DNA of 64,000 nt, taken from contig NC_058383.1 of the NCBI RefSeq assembly GCF_018350175.1, positions 27,902,001 through 27,966,000 on the forward strand, in the 5' to 3' direction. The notes beneath the pieces were generated by a model. That model saw only the letters and a list, made by a program, of their open reading frames with translations. It did not search any database and had not been told where the DNA came from. This document shows, piece by piece, positions 62,841-64,000 of the stretch. The stretch comes from Felis catus (Eukaryota). The position numbers and the translations under genes are program-made. Position 1 is the stretch's first letter, and each line of letters begins with the position of its first letter.

Positions 62841-63171
62841 AAAATATTATTCAGCCAACAAAAAAAAGGAAGAATCTTGCCTTTTGCAACAACATGGATA
62901 AAATTAAGGGCATTATGCTAAGTGAAATAAGTCAGAGAAAGGCAAATAGTGTCTGACCTCATTTACATGTGGGAGCTAACAAAAGCTGAACTCACAGAAA
63001 CAAAGTGGCTACCAGGGGCTGGGAGATGGTGGAAATGGGGAGATGTTGGTCAAAGGGCACACACTTCCAGTTATGAGTAAGTTATGGGGATCTAATGCAC
63101 AGGATGATGATTTAGTTAATGATACTATATTGTATATTTGCAAGCTGCTATGAGAGTAGCTCTTAAATGTT

Positions 63172-63208
<37 letters not shown>

Positions 63209-63380
63209 GTAACTGTGTAAGATGTTAGATGTGCTAACTAACCTAATTGTGATAATCATTTCTAAAGATACAAAATCATACAAAATCATACAAAATCATC
63301 ACATTGTACACCTTAAACTTACATGATGTTATTTGTCAATTATATCTCGATAATGCTGGGGATAATAAAAAATAAAATAA
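62665..63380 (+). mobile_element. L1MA/MB-type 3' fragment
   Basis: Homologous to 19680-20353; two (CA)n tracts; ends TATATCTCGATAATGCTGGG plus A-rich tail. Confidence 0.85.
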
Positions 63381-63649
63381 ACTCAGGTTCCTGGATCCCA
63401 CTGTTTACAATAGTTCCACCTGATATAAAATCCTACAAGAGAAACCTCTTTGACTGTCTGACTTAAAGTGACAGAGAAATTTCCTTCTAAAACCTAAGAA
63501 TTCCAAGTAAAAGTAATCTGTCATTTTAAATGCAGAATAAGTATAGCAGACACACAGGATGGGTCAGAAGACAAAACGCTGACACCAGACTGGGAGGGTT
63601 AAGGGACTTCATGGAAATGAATACAAGAATATTTAAAATATTTAAATTT

Positions 63650-63908
63650 GGGGACACCTGGGTGGCTCAGTCAGTTGGGCACTGACTCCTGATTTCGGCT
63701 CAGGTCATGAACCCAGGGTCATGGGATCGAGCCCCGTTCAGGCTCTGTGCTGAGTGTAGAGCCTGCTTGGGATTCCCTCCCTTCCTCTTTCTCTCTCTCT
63801 CTCAATCTCTCGCTCTCTCTCTCTCTCACCTTCTCTCCCCCGCCCTCTACCCTCCCTTCCCTGCTCTCTCTCTCTCTCAAAATAAAGAAATAAACTTTAA
63901 AAATAAAT
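63650..63908 (+). mobile_element. Can-SINE
   Basis: TSD AAATATTTAAATTT at 63636-63649 and 63909-63922. Confidence 0.96.
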
Positions 63909-64000
63909 AAATATTTAAATTTTCTAACCTTTTCTGTTTTTACTTCTAAATGAGCTAAGAAAAAAAAAATCACATCATTTGAGAGGAATGAAGAAGAACA

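Noticed and set aside
15230..63908. tRNA-like A/B boxes (TGGCTCAGTCGG, GTTCGAGCC) and recurring peptides such as AQSVKRPTSAQV
   Set aside because: Heads of tRNA-derived Can-SINEs, not tRNA genes or a protein family.
1..64000. A previously undescribed multi-component biological system
   Set aside because: All long ORFs are L1-derived, dispersed repeats belong to known families, and I saw no retrogene, viral or other foreign insert; claiming a new system would be unsupported.

Overview
Mammalian, repeat-rich, apparently non-coding DNA from a carnivore, very probably a felid (about 22 tRNA-derived Can-SINEs, several matching the cat SINEC_Fc pattern, and felid-type LINE-1). I find no intact cellular protein-coding gene, RNA gene or novel multi-gene system. 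The only real coding remnants are LINE-1 ORF1/ORF2 pieces, chiefly a 5.9-kb full-length but frameshifted L1 (35027-40930) that split a Can-SINE, which itself sits in an ancient L1. The rest is older eutherian repeats (MIR, L2, MLT1, MER20, MER94, HAL1-like, L1M) separated by repeat-free islands rich in homeodomain/PBX/FOX-type motifs, as in a large intron or gene desert near a developmental gene (locus not identifiable here). The most notable sequence-level observations concern retrotransposon mechanics: a 191-bp probable gene-conversion tract between two neighbouring L1s, several 5'-inverted (twin-primed) L1s including near-minimal ones, a target-site duplication that expanded as a microsatellite, repeated SINE insertion into the same target site, and parallel microsatellite births at homologous L1 positions. 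Repeat family names come from recognition of consensus motifs, not a database search, and boundaries of old elements are approximate.
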